NCBI GenBank assembly: GCA_951812325.1
Contig: OX638294.1
Location: 1,675,772 to 1,739,771 of the forward strand
DNA from: an uncultured Thermoanaerobaculia bacterium
GTDB taxonomy: Bacteria > Acidobacteriota > Thermoanaerobaculia > Multivoradales > Multivoraceae
Direction of reading: 5' to 3'
Length of the DNA stretch: 64,000 nt
Position 1 is the stretch's first letter; every line of letters starts with the position of its first letter. The position numbers were made by a program, and so were the translations under genes. This document shows, piece by piece, positions 19,720 through 31,489 of this stretch. The notes under the pieces were generated by a model that ran no database searches, was not told where the DNA came from, and worked only from the letters and a program-made list of their open reading frames with translations.

Positions 19720-20913
19720 TCACACCTTCTCCACCGCGTCCGCCATCCGTTCCAGGATCTCCCCGAGAATGGCGCGCGAGGTCGCGAAGTTGAGCCGCGC
19801 GCAGTGCTCAAGACCCGGCGCCGAGTCCGGCGGACCGAACTCGGCGCCGTCGTTGAGCGCGACCTGAGCCCGCTTGAGGAAGAACCGGGACGCCGCCATC
19901 GGCAGGTTGAGCCCCCGGCAGTCGAGCCAGTAGAGATAGGTCGCCTCCTGGGGTCCATGCACGACGCCGGGCAGGCGACGGTTCACGAAGTCGGTCAGAT
20001 ACGCGCGGTTCGCGTCGAGGTAGGCGACGGTTTCACCGAGCCACGGACCGCCATCGCGCCACGCCGCCCGCGCCGCCTCGACGCCGAGGATGCCGGGGTG
20101 CGCCAGGACGAAGTGCGGCAGTTCGTCGAACCGCCTCTTCAACTTCTCGCTGCCGAACACGAGCAACGCGAGTTCCAGCCCGGCGAGATTGAACGACTTC
20201 GTCGCCGACGTGATCGTCACCGTCCGCTCCCTTGCCTCAGGGCCCAGCGTCTCGAACACGATGTGCTGATGGCCCGGGAACACGAGTTCGTTGTGGATCT
20301 CGTCGGCGAGCACGATCAGGTCGTGCTCGATCGCCAGCTCCGCGACCGCCTCCAGTTCGCTCCGGGTCCAGGAGCGGCCGCTCGGGTTGTGCGGGTTGCA
20401 GAGCATGAACACCCGCGTGTCCCGGTCGATCACGGAGCGCAACTGGTCCAGGTCCATCTCGAACCGGTCCGGGCCGCGAACCAGAGGCGACTCGACGAGC
20501 CGGCGGCCGGCGCCTGCCACAGCCCCGAGAAACGGCGGGTAAATCGGCGTCTGGACTACAATCCCTTCGCCCTTTTCGCTGCCCAGCATGACGGAAAGGT
20601 CGAGGCCCTGGAGCGCGTTGACCAGAAACCGGATCCGTTCCGGCTCCACCGTCCAGCCGAGCTGCTCTTCCATCCGCCGGCCGAAGATCTCCGGCAGATC
20701 GCCGACATCGGGCGGCTCGCAGTAGCCGAGGTCCGACCGGTCGACCAGCCTCCGGACGACACGCCGAATCGGCTCGGCGATGGGAAAGTCCATGTCCGCC
20801 ACCCACGCCGGCAGGATGCCGCTGCCATTGGCCGCGTAGCGGCTCCACTTGAACCCGGTGCGAGCCGCCAGGTCCTCGATCCGCAGAGCGTCGAACTGGT
20901 CCTTCACCGACAC
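19720..20913 (-). CDS. MalY/PatB-family PLP-dependent C-S lyase
   Basis: PAWVADMDF, TPIYPPF, LCNPHNPSG, ADEIH, SATKSFNLAG, ARLNFAT. Confidence 0.92.
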   Translation of the reverse strand: MSVKDQFDALRIEDLAARTGFKWSRYAANGSGILPAWVADMDFPIAEPIRRVVRRLVDRSDLGYCEPPDVGDLPEIFGRRMEEQLGWTVEPERIRFLVNALQGLDLSVMLGSEKGEGIVVQTPIYPPFLGAVAGAGRRLVESPLVRGPDRFEMDLDQLRSVIDRDTRVFMLCNPHNPSGRSWTRSELEAVAELAIEHDLIVLADEIHNELVFPGHQHIVFETLGPEARERTVTITSATKSFNLAGLELALLVFGSEKLKRRFDELPHFVLAHPGILGVEAARAAWRDGGPWLGETVAYLDANRAYLTDFVNRRLPGVVHGPQEATYLYWLDCRGLNLPMAASRFFLKRAQVALNDGAEFGPPDSAPGLEHCARLNFATSRAILGEILERMADAVEKV

Positions 20914-21014
20914 GGGCGCAAGCTATCAAGCGCTGAGCTGCATCTCCGCCCGACATCGCGCCATCAAGGGTGCTCCGCCGCCCGGAGGCGGTCACGAACC
21001 TCGGCCGTCACCTC

Positions 21015-21071
21015 GCCGGCGTAGAACCAGAACTTGTCCCGCGTGACGGGACCGCCGAGCGAGACCTCGTA
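21015..21071 (-). pseudogene. Isolated fragment resembling an Oar-type TonB-dependent receptor
   Basis: Translates YEVSLGGPVTRDKFWFYAG; no surrounding long ORF. Confidence 0.5.
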
Positions 21072-21178
21072 GCTCTCGCTCTGACCCGCCCACTCGGAGC
21101 CGCCGGTCCGGCAGGGGTCGAGTTCGCGGGAAACCGTCGGCGCCGCCCCTGCCCACGAGGATTGGCGGCCGTGCCAAG

Positions 21179-21213
21179 CAGCCCGTGGCAGAAGTAGCGC
21201 TGCATTCGAGCGG
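21179..21213 (+). mobile_element. Remnant end of an IS1182-ended miniature element
   Basis: CAGCCCGTGGCAGAAGT equals the reverse complement of the right end of the IS at 60391; followed by CGCTGCATTCGAGCGG as at 28615. Confidence 0.7.
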
Positions 21214-21307
21214 AAGCCTCCGATGCCGACCCGATTCGAGCCGGCCTCGGTCGTGACCGCCTTGGCCCGCGAGGTTGGCGTCTCCGGTTTCCAGTAGCGT
21301 TGCGCCC

Positions 21308-22324
21308 ATGACACTCAAGCTCGGCCTGCAACTCGGCTACTGGGGCGCCGGGCCGCGTCCCGATTTCCTCGAAACCGCCGTCGAGGCGGAGGCGCTCGGC
21401 TACGACTGCCTCTTCACCGCGGAGGCCTGGGGCTCGGACGTGTTCACGCCCCTGGCCTGGATCGGCGCCCACACATCGAAGATCCGCCTCGGCACCGGCA
21501 TCGCGCAGATCTCCGCGCGGACTCCGGCCGCCACGGCGATGCACGCGATGACCCTGGACCACCTCTCCGGGGGCCGCGTCATCCTCGGTCTCGGCGTCTC
21601 CGGGCCCCAGGTCGTCGAAGGCTGGTACGGACAACCCTTCGCCAAGCCCCTGTCCCGCACCCGCGCCTACGTCGAGATCATCCAGAAGATCCTTGCCCGG
21701 GAGGCGCCGGTGACGCAGCACGGCGAGCACTACCCGCTGCCCTACACCGGCGAGGGTTCCTGGGGCCTGGGCAAGCCGCTCCGCTCGATCGTCCACCCGC
21801 TCCGCTCCGACCTGCCGATCTTCCTCGGCGCCGAAGGGCCCAGGAACGTCGCCCTGGCCGCCGAACTCTGCAGCGGCTGGCTGCCGCTGTACTACTCGCC
21901 CTACCGCCCCGAGGTCTACGCCGACTCCCTCGCAGGCCGCGGCAACGGCTTCGAAGTCGCCTACGGCGCCCGCCTCCGCGTCCACGACGACGTCGCCGAG
22001 GCCCTCCTGCCGATCAAGCAGTCCCTGGCGCTTTACGTCGGCGGCATGGGCGCCAAGAAGCGCAACTTCCACCGCGAACTGATGGCCCGCATGGGCTGGG
22101 AGGAAGAGTCCTTCCGCATCCAGGAACTCTTCATGACCGGCAAGCGCGAAGAGGCCGTCGCCGCCGTCCCCGACGACTTCGCCGACGAGATCTCCCTCGT
22201 CGGCCCCCCCGAACGGATCAAGGACCGCCTCCAGGCCTTCGAAGACAGCGACGTCACGACGCTGCTCGTCGGCGCCGCCAGCAGGTCCGAACTGCGGCAG
22301 GCAGCCGAACTCGTGCTGGGCTAG
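21308..22324 (+). CDS. LLM-class (F420-dependent-type) oxidoreductase
   Basis: TAEAWGSD, ARTPAATAM, LDHLSGGRVILGLGVSGPQVVEGW. Confidence 0.9.
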   Translation: MTLKLGLQLGYWGAGPRPDFLETAVEAEALGYDCLFTAEAWGSDVFTPLAWIGAHTSKIRLGTGIAQISARTPAATAMHAMTLDHLSGGRVILGLGVSGPQVVEGWYGQPFAKPLSRTRAYVEIIQKILAREAPVTQHGEHYPLPYTGEGSWGLGKPLRSIVHPLRSDLPIFLGAEGPRNVALAAELCSGWLPLYYSPYRPEVYADSLAGRGNGFEVAYGARLRVHDDVAEALLPIKQSLALYVGGMGAKKRNFHRELMARMGWEEESFRIQELFMTGKREEAVAAVPDDFADEISLVGPPERIKDRLQAFEDSDVTTLLVGAASRSELRQAAELVLG

Positions 22325-22617
22325 CGCTAGCTGCTTTCGCGGCAGACACGCAACATCCCGAGTCCGGGCGCCTTCGGCCGGCAGCGGGCGAGAACGTCCG
22401 CGCACCCCCGGCAGGGTTCTCCTGGCGAGGCGGGATTCGGGGCCGAACATGGCGCCCGCTCAAGTGCAGCGGCAACCCCTGTTCAAGGAGTCCAGCTCTG
22501 GCCAGGCGGCGGCTCAGGCCTCCGGAAGCGTCGCCGACAATCGGCTCGCGACGGACCGGAGAACGGACCGGAGAGCCATGCATGGCCTCAAGTTGCCAGA
22601 ATTGATAAGTTGCTTCC

Positions 22618-23253
22618 ATGAAATTCGAAGAGCTCGTCGCCGCGGTCGGCGACGAACCCGTCTTCGAGACCGGGCTTCTGCTGGCTGGCCCCGGTGATCC
22701 CGGCAACGTCAGACGGCAGCTGTCGCGCTGGGTCCGCAGCGGCAGAGTCCATCAGATGCGGCGCGGGCTCTATGCCTTGGCGCCGCCCTGGCAACGCCGC
22801 ATCCCGCACCCGTTCCTGCTCGCCAACCGTCTGGCGCCGGGCTCCTACGTCAGCGGACCCTCCGCGCTGGGCTTCGCCCATGTGATCCCCGAATTCGCAC
22901 CGGAGGTCACCAGCGTGACGCCTGGACGACCGGGCACGCGGCAATTGCCGTCGGGCCGTTTCTCCTTCCGTCACCTGAGGGCGGACCGGGTCTTCGGCTA
23001 CCGGCTGCTCGATCTGGGCGGCAATCAGGAGGCATTCGTCGCAACGCCGGAGAAGGCGCTGCTCGACTCCGTCTACCTGCAGCCCGGCGGCGACGACGCT
23101 ACGTACCTGCGGGAACTCCGACTCGATTTCGGCGCCCTGGATCCGGACGCCCTCGACCATGTGGCGGCGCGGTACGCGGCGCCGAAAGTGACTCGAGCGG
23201 CCCGCCACATCCGCGAGCTCGCCGCCGCGACGCCCGCATACGACGTGCTGTGA
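22618..23253 (+). CDS. abiEi: Type IV TA antitoxin, AbiEi-like
   Basis: QLSRWVRSG...RRGLY, SYVSGPSAL, ATPEKALLD; GTGA overlap with AbiEii. Confidence 0.85.
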   Translation: MKFEELVAAVGDEPVFETGLLLAGPGDPGNVRRQLSRWVRSGRVHQMRRGLYALAPPWQRRIPHPFLLANRLAPGSYVSGPSALGFAHVIPEFAPEVTSVTPGRPGTRQLPSGRFSFRHLRADRVFGYRLLDLGGNQEAFVATPEKALLDSVYLQPGGDDATYLRELRLDFGALDPDALDHVAARYAAPKVTRAARHIRELAAATPAYDVL

Positions 23254-24068
23254 AGGACCACGTCAAGGCGCTGATCCGGCCGCACGACCCGTTGCGGGCC
23301 CGCAACGTGGTCAGGGAGTACCTGCAGGCGCGCGCGCTCCGGGCGATGCAGGGCGCCGGCGCTTTGACCGCGTTGGCGTTTCAGGGAGGTACCTGCCTGC
23401 GGTTCCTCTACTCGCTGCCCCGCTACTCGGAAGACCTGGACTTCGCACTCGAAGGCGACCGCACGGCGTACGATCTGCCCAGGTTCCTGAAAGCCATCCA
23501 TGCCGAGCTTGCCGCCGAGGGCTATCGCGTGGAGCTGGGGATTCGCCAACACCGCACGGTGCACCGGGCGTTGACGCGCTTTCCCGGTCTGCTCCACGAG
23601 TTGGGCCTGTCTCCGCACCGCTCGGAAGCGCTCACGATCAGGATCGAAGTCGACACGAATCCCCCGGAAGGGGCGGGCTGCGAGATCAGCCTGGTGCGCC
23701 GTCACGTGACGCTCAGGCTCTTCCACCACGACCGCGCCTCCCTGCTGGCCGGGAAGCTCCACGCCGTTCTTCAGCGCGGCTACGCAAAGGGCCGGGATCT
23801 GTACGACCTGATCTGGTACCTGAGCGATCCGAACTGGCCCGCACCCAACCTGTCGCTGCTCAACGCGGCGCTGCGCCAGAGCGCCTGGGAGGGAGACGAA
23901 CTGACGCCCCGTTCGTGGACCGGTCCTGTCGCGGAGCGACTGCAGGCGCTGAACTGGGAACGGACTCTCGCGGACGTCCGGCCCTTCCTGGAAGAACAGG
24001 ACGACATCGACCTGATCACCCGCGACAATGCGCTGCGCCTCCTCGCCAGGTCGGGTTCAGCCCGGTAG
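23250..24068 (+). CDS. abiEii: Type IV TA nucleotidyltransferase toxin, AbiEii-like
   Basis: FQGGTCLR...RYSEDLDF, KLHA, KGRDLYD. Confidence 0.9.
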   Translation: MKDHVKALIRPHDPLRARNVVREYLQARALRAMQGAGALTALAFQGGTCLRFLYSLPRYSEDLDFALEGDRTAYDLPRFLKAIHAELAAEGYRVELGIRQHRTVHRALTRFPGLLHELGLSPHRSEALTIRIEVDTNPPEGAGCEISLVRRHVTLRLFHHDRASLLAGKLHAVLQRGYAKGRDLYDLIWYLSDPNWPAPNLSLLNAALRQSAWEGDELTPRSWTGPVAERLQALNWERTLADVRPFLEEQDDIDLITRDNALRLLARSGSAR

Positions 24069-24080
24069 AGCCGGGCGCGC

Positions 24081-24780
24081 CTACGTCCCCGCCTGGCAGC
24101 GGGCGAACTCGGCGCCGACGTCCGGGAGGTCCGCTTCCAGCAGCGGCAGGGACCCGATGGCTGGACCGGCGCCGTGCCGGCCGCCGGCGAGTCGGGCGCG
24201 CAGGTTCGTGAAGGTCTCGAGCAGCGTCTTCGCGGTGCGCGGCGTCACGACGCCGGCGCCGAGGCCGAAGGGAGGTTGCGGGTCGCTGGCGAGCTTCTGC
24301 ACGACGGTGATCGTTCCTTCTTCGTCGCCCGGGGACAGGAACCAGCGTGACCGGACGCAGAGGACGCGCCTGCCCTCGAACCCCGGCGTCAGATCGTCGG
24401 CGCCTGCCATGTCACCGACCACATGGCCGTCGGCGGTGCGCCACCAGGCCGCCCGGTCCATCGTGATCCGCCGGCTGACGCCCCTGCCCGACACGCGCTG
24501 GCGGAGGGTCCGGAAGGGGGCGTCGAGCGGGGTCGCGCGTTCCTCCTCGCACATGGACTGCCAGTCGGGACAGGCGCCGGCGTCGCTCAAGAGCGCGATG
24601 ACGGCCGACATGGAACCGGGCACGGTCATCTCGGCCCGCATCAGGGGGTAGTCGGCGTTCTCGATCGGGCAGGACTCGACGGTCACGGGGCCTTCGGCTT
24701 CCCGGGCTTCGCATTCGGCGGCGGCCGAGGCGCTGAAGGCGATGCAAAGCCCCACGGCAACTGCCGCGGGCAACGCCGGA
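24081..24780 (-). CDS. START/SRPBCC-like domain secreted protein
   Basis: Hydrophobic signal AVAVGLCIAFSASAAA, then START-like features (CPDW, W-x-L-x-P, SDP); the 5' part of the ORF is repeat-derived, so the start is uncertain. Confidence 0.6.
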
Positions 24781-24861
24781 TGCCGACCAGAACCCGGGTG
24801 GCGCGACCCGCGTCCACCCGCGAACCAGTCCGTGCGCCCGTCAGCGGGCGCGCGGATGGCC

Positions 24862-25050
24862 GGCCGGCGCACCCGGTGGAACCGTCCTGCCACGATGCGA
24901 CTCCTCCGGCGGCGGCCACCCGGCCCACGCCGGGCAGGCCGGCGCACCCGGTGAAACGGTCCTGCCACGGTGCGACTCCTCCGGCGGCGGCCACCCGGCC
25001 CACGCCGGGCAGGCCGGCGCACCCGGCGAAACCGTCCTGCCACGATGCGA
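24862..25050. repeat. 75-bp tandem repeat (2.5 copies)
   Basis: GGCCGGCGCACCCGG at 24862, 24937 and 25012. Confidence 0.9.
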
Positions 25051-25069
25051 TCTCCTGGTTCAATCGACA

Positions 25070-27091
25070 TCATCTCGCTCCGGATTGGCCGCCAGTCGCC
25101 GATTCCGGCAGTGCAAAGGCGATCAGCTCATCGGGAATCCGGCGGTTGCGGGCGCCGCCGGCGGCGATGACGATGTACTGCCGGCCTTCGTGCATGTAGG
25201 TCATTGGCGGACCGTGCAGCCAGAGGTCGGTTTCCACTTCGGCCAGCACCTCTCCGGTCGCCTTGTCCCAGGCACGCAGGAAGCTGCCGCTGCTGGTGCG
25301 AGGATCGTCCGCGTCGGGCACGGCAAAGAAGCCGATCAGCAGGGTACGGGTGACCAGCAGGCCGCCATCCGCCGGCATGCCGAAGTAGATGGTGCCCATC
25401 TCGCCGAGGTTCAGGTGCGCGATCGCCGGATGGTTCCTGGGGCCGGGTCCGACAGGGACACGCCAGAGGTGTTCACCGCGATTCAAGTCGATTGCGGTGA
25501 TCGTCCGGTAGGGCGGCTTCGTCAGCGGCAGGCCCCGCGGGCCGGCCGTGTCGACGTAACCGATCACGTAGCGCCAGTCCGGACCGCGGGCCCGGTCCGG
25601 CTCGATCAGCGACATCCCGGTGGGGCGATTCTGCGACTCGACGAAGAGCACGCCGGTCGTCGGGTCGACGGACGCTCCGGGGTGGTTCGCGCCGCCGGCG
25701 GCCCCCGGTACGACCATCACGCCCTCCTTGCCGCCCTCGCCCCGAACGATCAGGGGCGGGAACATCGGCGCCAGCACCAGCTTCTCGGCGATCTCGAGTG
25801 CCTCCTCGCGCAGTTCCGGCGTCCAGTCGATCAGGTCGTCCTCGCTGACGCCCTGGCGTTCGAACGCCGGCGGCCTGGTAGGGAACGGCTGGGTCTCCGA
25901 CAGCTTCTCGCCCGGCACCGTCGACGCATGGTTGACGGGGCGATCCTCGATCGGCCAGACCGGCTCGCCGGTGGCGCGGTCGAAGACGTAGGTGAAGCCG
26001 GTCTTCGAGACCTGGGCCACGGCCTTGATCAGCTTGCCGCCGACGACGATGTCGAGCAGGTTCGGGGCCGAGGCGATGTCGTAGTCCCAGATGCCGTGGC
26101 GGACGGTCTGGAAGTGCCAGACGCGCTCGCCCGTCTCCGCGTCGACGCAGACCAGGCTCTCGGCGAACAGGTTGTCGCCCGGCCGGTCGGCCCCGTAGTA
26201 GTCGTTCGACGGCGTGCTGGTCGGCAGGTAGACGTATCCCAGCTCGTGGTCCGCGCTCATCGAAGCCCACACGTTCGCGTTGCCGGCCGTCCGCCAGGAC
26301 TCGTTCTCCCAGGTCTGGACGCCGAACTCGTCGTCTCGCGGAATCGTGTTGAAACGCCACTTGAACTCGCCCGTGTGAACGTCGTAGGCGCGCACGTGGC
26401 CGGGCGGCGCGTCGCTCCTGATCGAGTAGTCGAAGATCTTCGAGCCGACGATCACGCTGTCGCCCACCACGATCGGCGGTGCGCCGTGGGTGATGTGCCT
26501 GATCGAGTACTCGCCCGGGCCGAGATCGAGCGCCAGGTCGACCACGCCGTCTTCGCCGAAGGCACGGTCGGCCTCGCCGGTGGCGGCGTCGACGGAGACG
26601 AGCTGGCGGCCGATCGTGGCGACGAACAGGCGCTCCTTCTCACCGTCGGTCCAGTACTCGATGCCGCGGGCGCCGACCGGCCGCATCGTCGTGCCGCCGC
26701 GCTCCCAGGTCTTCGGGTTGTAGACCCACTTCTGCTCGCCGGTCGCCGGGTCGAGCAGCGCAACCTGGCCGAGGCTGGTCGGTGCGAACAGGCGGCCGCC
26801 GACCATCAGAGGCACGGAGCGGAAGAACCCCGTGTCGTATCCCGGCAAGACATCCAGCGGCACTTCGTGGTCCGCCGTGCGCCAACGCCAGGCGATCTCG
26901 AGCCGGCCGAAGTTCGAGCCGTCAATCTGAGTCAGCGGCGAGTAGCGGCTGGAGCTGTGGTCGCCGCCGTGGTGCTGCCACTCGCCGTGGACCGACCTGC
27001 CGTGCTCCCGGGTCTCCGCCCGAACCACGCCTGCAGCCAGGCACATCAGACAGGCGATGCCGAGCGCCGAAGACCGGCGCGCACCGCTCAT
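25070..27091 (-). CDS. PQQ-dependent glucose/quinate dehydrogenase-family protein
   Basis: SRYSPLTQID, GHVRAYDV, WHFQTVRHGIWDYD, TQPFP, PMTY motifs. Confidence 0.92.
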   Translation of the reverse strand: MSGARRSSALGIACLMCLAAGVVRAETREHGRSVHGEWQHHGGDHSSSRYSPLTQIDGSNFGRLEIAWRWRTADHEVPLDVLPGYDTGFFRSVPLMVGGRLFAPTSLGQVALLDPATGEQKWVYNPKTWERGGTTMRPVGARGIEYWTDGEKERLFVATIGRQLVSVDAATGEADRAFGEDGVVDLALDLGPGEYSIRHITHGAPPIVVGDSVIVGSKIFDYSIRSDAPPGHVRAYDVHTGEFKWRFNTIPRDDEFGVQTWENESWRTAGNANVWASMSADHELGYVYLPTSTPSNDYYGADRPGDNLFAESLVCVDAETGERVWHFQTVRHGIWDYDIASAPNLLDIVVGGKLIKAVAQVSKTGFTYVFDRATGEPVWPIEDRPVNHASTVPGEKLSETQPFPTRPPAFERQGVSEDDLIDWTPELREEALEIAEKLVLAPMFPPLIVRGEGGKEGVMVVPGAAGGANHPGASVDPTTGVLFVESQNRPTGMSLIEPDRARGPDWRYVIGYVDTAGPRGLPLTKPPYRTITAIDLNRGEHLWRVPVGPGPRNHPAIAHLNLGEMGTIYFGMPADGGLLVTRTLLIGFFAVPDADDPRTSSGSFLRAWDKATGEVLAEVETDLWLHGPPMTYMHEGRQYIVIAAGGARNRRIPDELIAFALPESATGGQSGAR

Positions 27092-27229
27092 CAAGTCCTT
27101 CCCAGGGATCTTCGCGTCCGGCGTCATGGCCACTGACACACCTCCAGCGCCCCTCCTCGACAACATGGATGCTGCTAACCTACCGCACATTCAGGAGCCG
27201 TTGAAGCAACTCGGGAAAGGCAGAACACG

Positions 27230-28567
27230 ATGCCAGAGCAAGAGATGACCCGTCGCAACGTGCTCGGCGCCGCAGCCGCCGGCGCCGGCTGGATGATCGT
27301 TCCCCGCCACGTCCTTGGCCGCGGCATGCCGGCGCCCAGCGACAAGCTGAACATCGCCGCCATCGGCGCCGGCGGCAAGGGCCGCAGCGACATCGAAGGC
27401 GTCTCGAGCGAGAACATCGTCGCCCTCTGCGACATCGACTGGAAGCGCGCCGAGCAGGCGATGACGGCCCACCCCGACGCACCGCGCTACCACGACTACC
27501 GCGAACTGCTTGACCAGCACGCCGACGAACTCGATGCGGTGATGGTGTCGACCGCCGACCACACCCATGCCGTGATCTCCGTCGACGCGCTTGAGCGCGG
27601 TCTCCACGTCTTCACCCAGAAGCCGCTGACGCGCACGATCGGAGAGGCGCGAATGGTCGGCGAGGCCGCGCGCAAGGCCGGCACGGCGACCCAGATGGGC
27701 AACCAGGGCCACGCGGGCGAGGGCTCGCGCCTGATTCGCGAGTGGATCGAGGCGGGCGTGATCGGCGAAGTGAACCGCGTCGAGTACTGGACCAACCGGC
27801 CGATCTGGCCGCAGGCGATGAAGCGTCCCGAGGAAGTCCACGAGGCGCCGGAGCACGTCGCCTGGGATCTGTGGCTCGGCCCTGCGCCGGACCGCCCCTA
27901 CCACCCCGACTACTACCACCCCTTCGCCTGGCGCGGATGGTGGGACTTCGGCACCGGCGCGATCGGCGACATCGCCTGCCACGCGATGGACGCCGCGTTC
28001 TGGGTCTTCGACCTGCGCGACCCCTCGTCCGTCTACGCCGAATCGACGCCGCTGTTCAAGGAGACCGCCCCGGCCTCGACCCGGATCACCTTCGAGTATC
28101 CGGCCCGCGGCAACCGGCCGAAGATGACCGTGGTCTGGCGCGACGGCAACCTGACGCCACCGAAGCCGAAGGCGTTCGAGGGCAGGTGGCCGCCGGGAAG
28201 AAGCGGCCAGTTGTTCATCGGCGCCGAGGGCATCATTACAGCCGACATCTACGCCGGCAAGCCGACGATCTACCCGACGAAGCTGCACCAGAAGATCGCG
28301 AAGAAACCGGTGGCCCAGTCGTACGAGCGGACCGAAGGGCACTACAAGCAGTGGATCGACGCGATCAAGGCGGGGACCACGAACCCCGAGGGGTCCAACT
28401 TCCCCGATCACGCGGGTCCGATGACCGAGACCGCGCTGCTCGGCAACCTGGCGGTCCGCACGCAGCAGGAAATCGTCTGGAACCCGAAGAAGATGAAGGT
28501 GACGAACGGCGTCGACGTACCGCGGGAGTACATCCAGCCGACCTATCGGGACGGCTGGGAGTTGTAG
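27230..28567 (+). CDS. Gfo/Idh/MocA oxidoreductase with Tat signal
   Basis: TRRNVL, IGAGGKG, HVFTQKPL, TQMGNQ, WDLWLGPAP, WRGWWDFGTG. Confidence 0.92.
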   Translation: MPEQEMTRRNVLGAAAAGAGWMIVPRHVLGRGMPAPSDKLNIAAIGAGGKGRSDIEGVSSENIVALCDIDWKRAEQAMTAHPDAPRYHDYRELLDQHADELDAVMVSTADHTHAVISVDALERGLHVFTQKPLTRTIGEARMVGEAARKAGTATQMGNQGHAGEGSRLIREWIEAGVIGEVNRVEYWTNRPIWPQAMKRPEEVHEAPEHVAWDLWLGPAPDRPYHPDYYHPFAWRGWWDFGTGAIGDIACHAMDAAFWVFDLRDPSSVYAESTPLFKETAPASTRITFEYPARGNRPKMTVVWRDGNLTPPKPKAFEGRWPPGRSGQLFIGAEGIITADIYAGKPTIYPTKLHQKIAKKPVAQSYERTEGHYKQWIDAIKAGTTNPEGSNFPDHAGPMTETALLGNLAVRTQQEIVWNPKKMKVTNGVDVPREYIQPTYRDGWEL

Positions 28568-28614
28568 CGTCAAGTACTCGAGCACGGCGTGCTCACTGCC
28601 TCCCAGGGCCTTGG

Positions 28615-28858
28615 CAGCCCGTAGCAAGAGTCGCGCTGCATTCGAGCGGTCATGCATCCCGCTCAGCATCGTGCCATCCGTGCGCCCGATGACGGGCGCA
28701 CGGACTGGTTCGCGGATGGCGCGGAGCGCGCCACCCGGGTCGCTCCTCGGTCACCCTTGTTCCCGGGATTGCGGGCAGCCCGATATGCTCCCTCGTCGCG
28801 CCTTGCGGGACGGGCGCCCGACCGCTCTCGGCGCCACCCGGACTTTCACCACGGGCTG
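28615..28858. mobile_element. 244-bp MITE-like element with IS1182-type terminal inverted repeats
   Basis: Right end GACTTTCACCACGGGCTG is the exact reverse complement of 58901-58918; left end CAGCCCGTAGCAAGAGTCG matches the other IS end 16/19. Confidence 0.78.
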
Positions 28859-28903
28859 CCAGAGGCCACTGTTCGATGCGGCGTAACTGACAGAGGGCCT
28901 GCG

Positions 28904-29902
28904 TTGACCGGGCGAGTCTTCCTGGCGTTTTTGGTCGTCCTGGTCGCGACGGCGGCTCACGCGGCCGCGGTCAAGGACGTCCGGTCGAAGATGGGGTCGC
29001 GCTTCGAGATCACCGCGGTACACGATCGGGAGGCTGCGGCACACGAGGCAGTCGAGGCGGCGTGGGCCGAGATCGATCGGCTGGAGGCGATGATCTCCGG
29101 TTGGCGCGAGGACTCCGAGACGTCGGCCGTCAATCGAAGTGCGGGGACCCGTCCGGTGCGGGTCTCGCCGGAGCTGTTCCGGCTGATCCGGCGGGCGGTC
29201 AAGGTCTCCGAACTGACGGCGGGCGCCTTCGACCTCACCTTCGCCGGGGTCGGCGACCTCTGGGACTTCAGGTCCGGCGAGCCGGCGGTTCCGGGCAGAG
29301 AGCGGATCGCCGCGGCGCTCCGCCATGTCGGCTACCGAAGAATCGTCCTGGACGAGGAGCGGGGGACCGTGTTCCTCGACGATCCGGGCGCCCGGATCGG
29401 GTTCGGGGCGATCGGCAAGGGCTACGCGGCGAACCGGGCCGTGTTCGTGCTCAAGGAGCACGGTGTCCGCGGCGGGTTGGTGAGTGCCGGCGGCGACCTG
29501 GTCGCCTTCGGCCGGCGCGAGGACGGCGAGCCGTGGAGCATCGCGATCGCCCATCCCAGGGACCCGAAGCGGGTGCTCGCGCAGATACCGCTGACGGAAC
29601 AGGCCGTCGTGACGTCAGGTGACTACGAGCAGTACTTCATCCACGATGGCCGGCGCTACTCGCACATCATCGATCCACGCACCGGCTGGCCGGCCTCGGG
29701 TCTGCAGGCGGTCACGGTGATCTGCCCGGACGCGGAACTGGCAGACGCGCTGGCCACGGCGACGTTCGTCCTCGGCCCCGAGGAGGGACTCGCGCTGCTC
29801 GAGCGGATGGAGGGCGTGGAAGCCCTGTTCGTGACTGAAACAGGAGAAGTGCGCTCAACGTCAAATATACGCAGGCATCTGAAGCAGGAGGATCAAGGAT
29901 GA
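28904..29902 (+). CDS. apbE: FAD:protein FMN transferase
   Basis: MGSRFEI, GAFDLT, GAIGKGYA, AGGD, TSGDYEQ, SHIIDPRTG, ADALAT. Confidence 0.93.
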   Translation: MTGRVFLAFLVVLVATAAHAAAVKDVRSKMGSRFEITAVHDREAAAHEAVEAAWAEIDRLEAMISGWREDSETSAVNRSAGTRPVRVSPELFRLIRRAVKVSELTAGAFDLTFAGVGDLWDFRSGEPAVPGRERIAAALRHVGYRRIVLDEERGTVFLDDPGARIGFGAIGKGYAANRAVFVLKEHGVRGGLVSAGGDLVAFGRREDGEPWSIAIAHPRDPKRVLAQIPLTEQAVVTSGDYEQYFIHDGRRYSHIIDPRTGWPASGLQAVTVICPDAELADALATATFVLGPEEGLALLERMEGVEALFVTETGEVRSTSNIRRHLKQEDQG

Positions 29903-30106
29903 AGAATAGAGCCGGAGCGCTCACTGTCGTGGTTCTTTTGGCCGCCCTGACGATGGGCGGCTGCGCCTCATCGCTCGAGCCCTGGGAGCGGGGCGACCTG
30001 GCAGCCACCCCAATGGCCGTCGGCGACGCCGAGTCCCAACGGCCGGAGCGCAGCATCGAGGTCTACCGCGAGGGCGCGGTGGGCGCGAACGGAGGCAAGT
30101 CCGGCG

Positions 30107-30126
<20 letters not shown>
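29899..30126 (+). CDS. DUF4266-like small lipoprotein
   Basis: MGGC lipobox, PWERGDLA, C-terminal GGGCGC. Confidence 0.85.
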
Positions 30127-31489
<1,363 letters not shown>

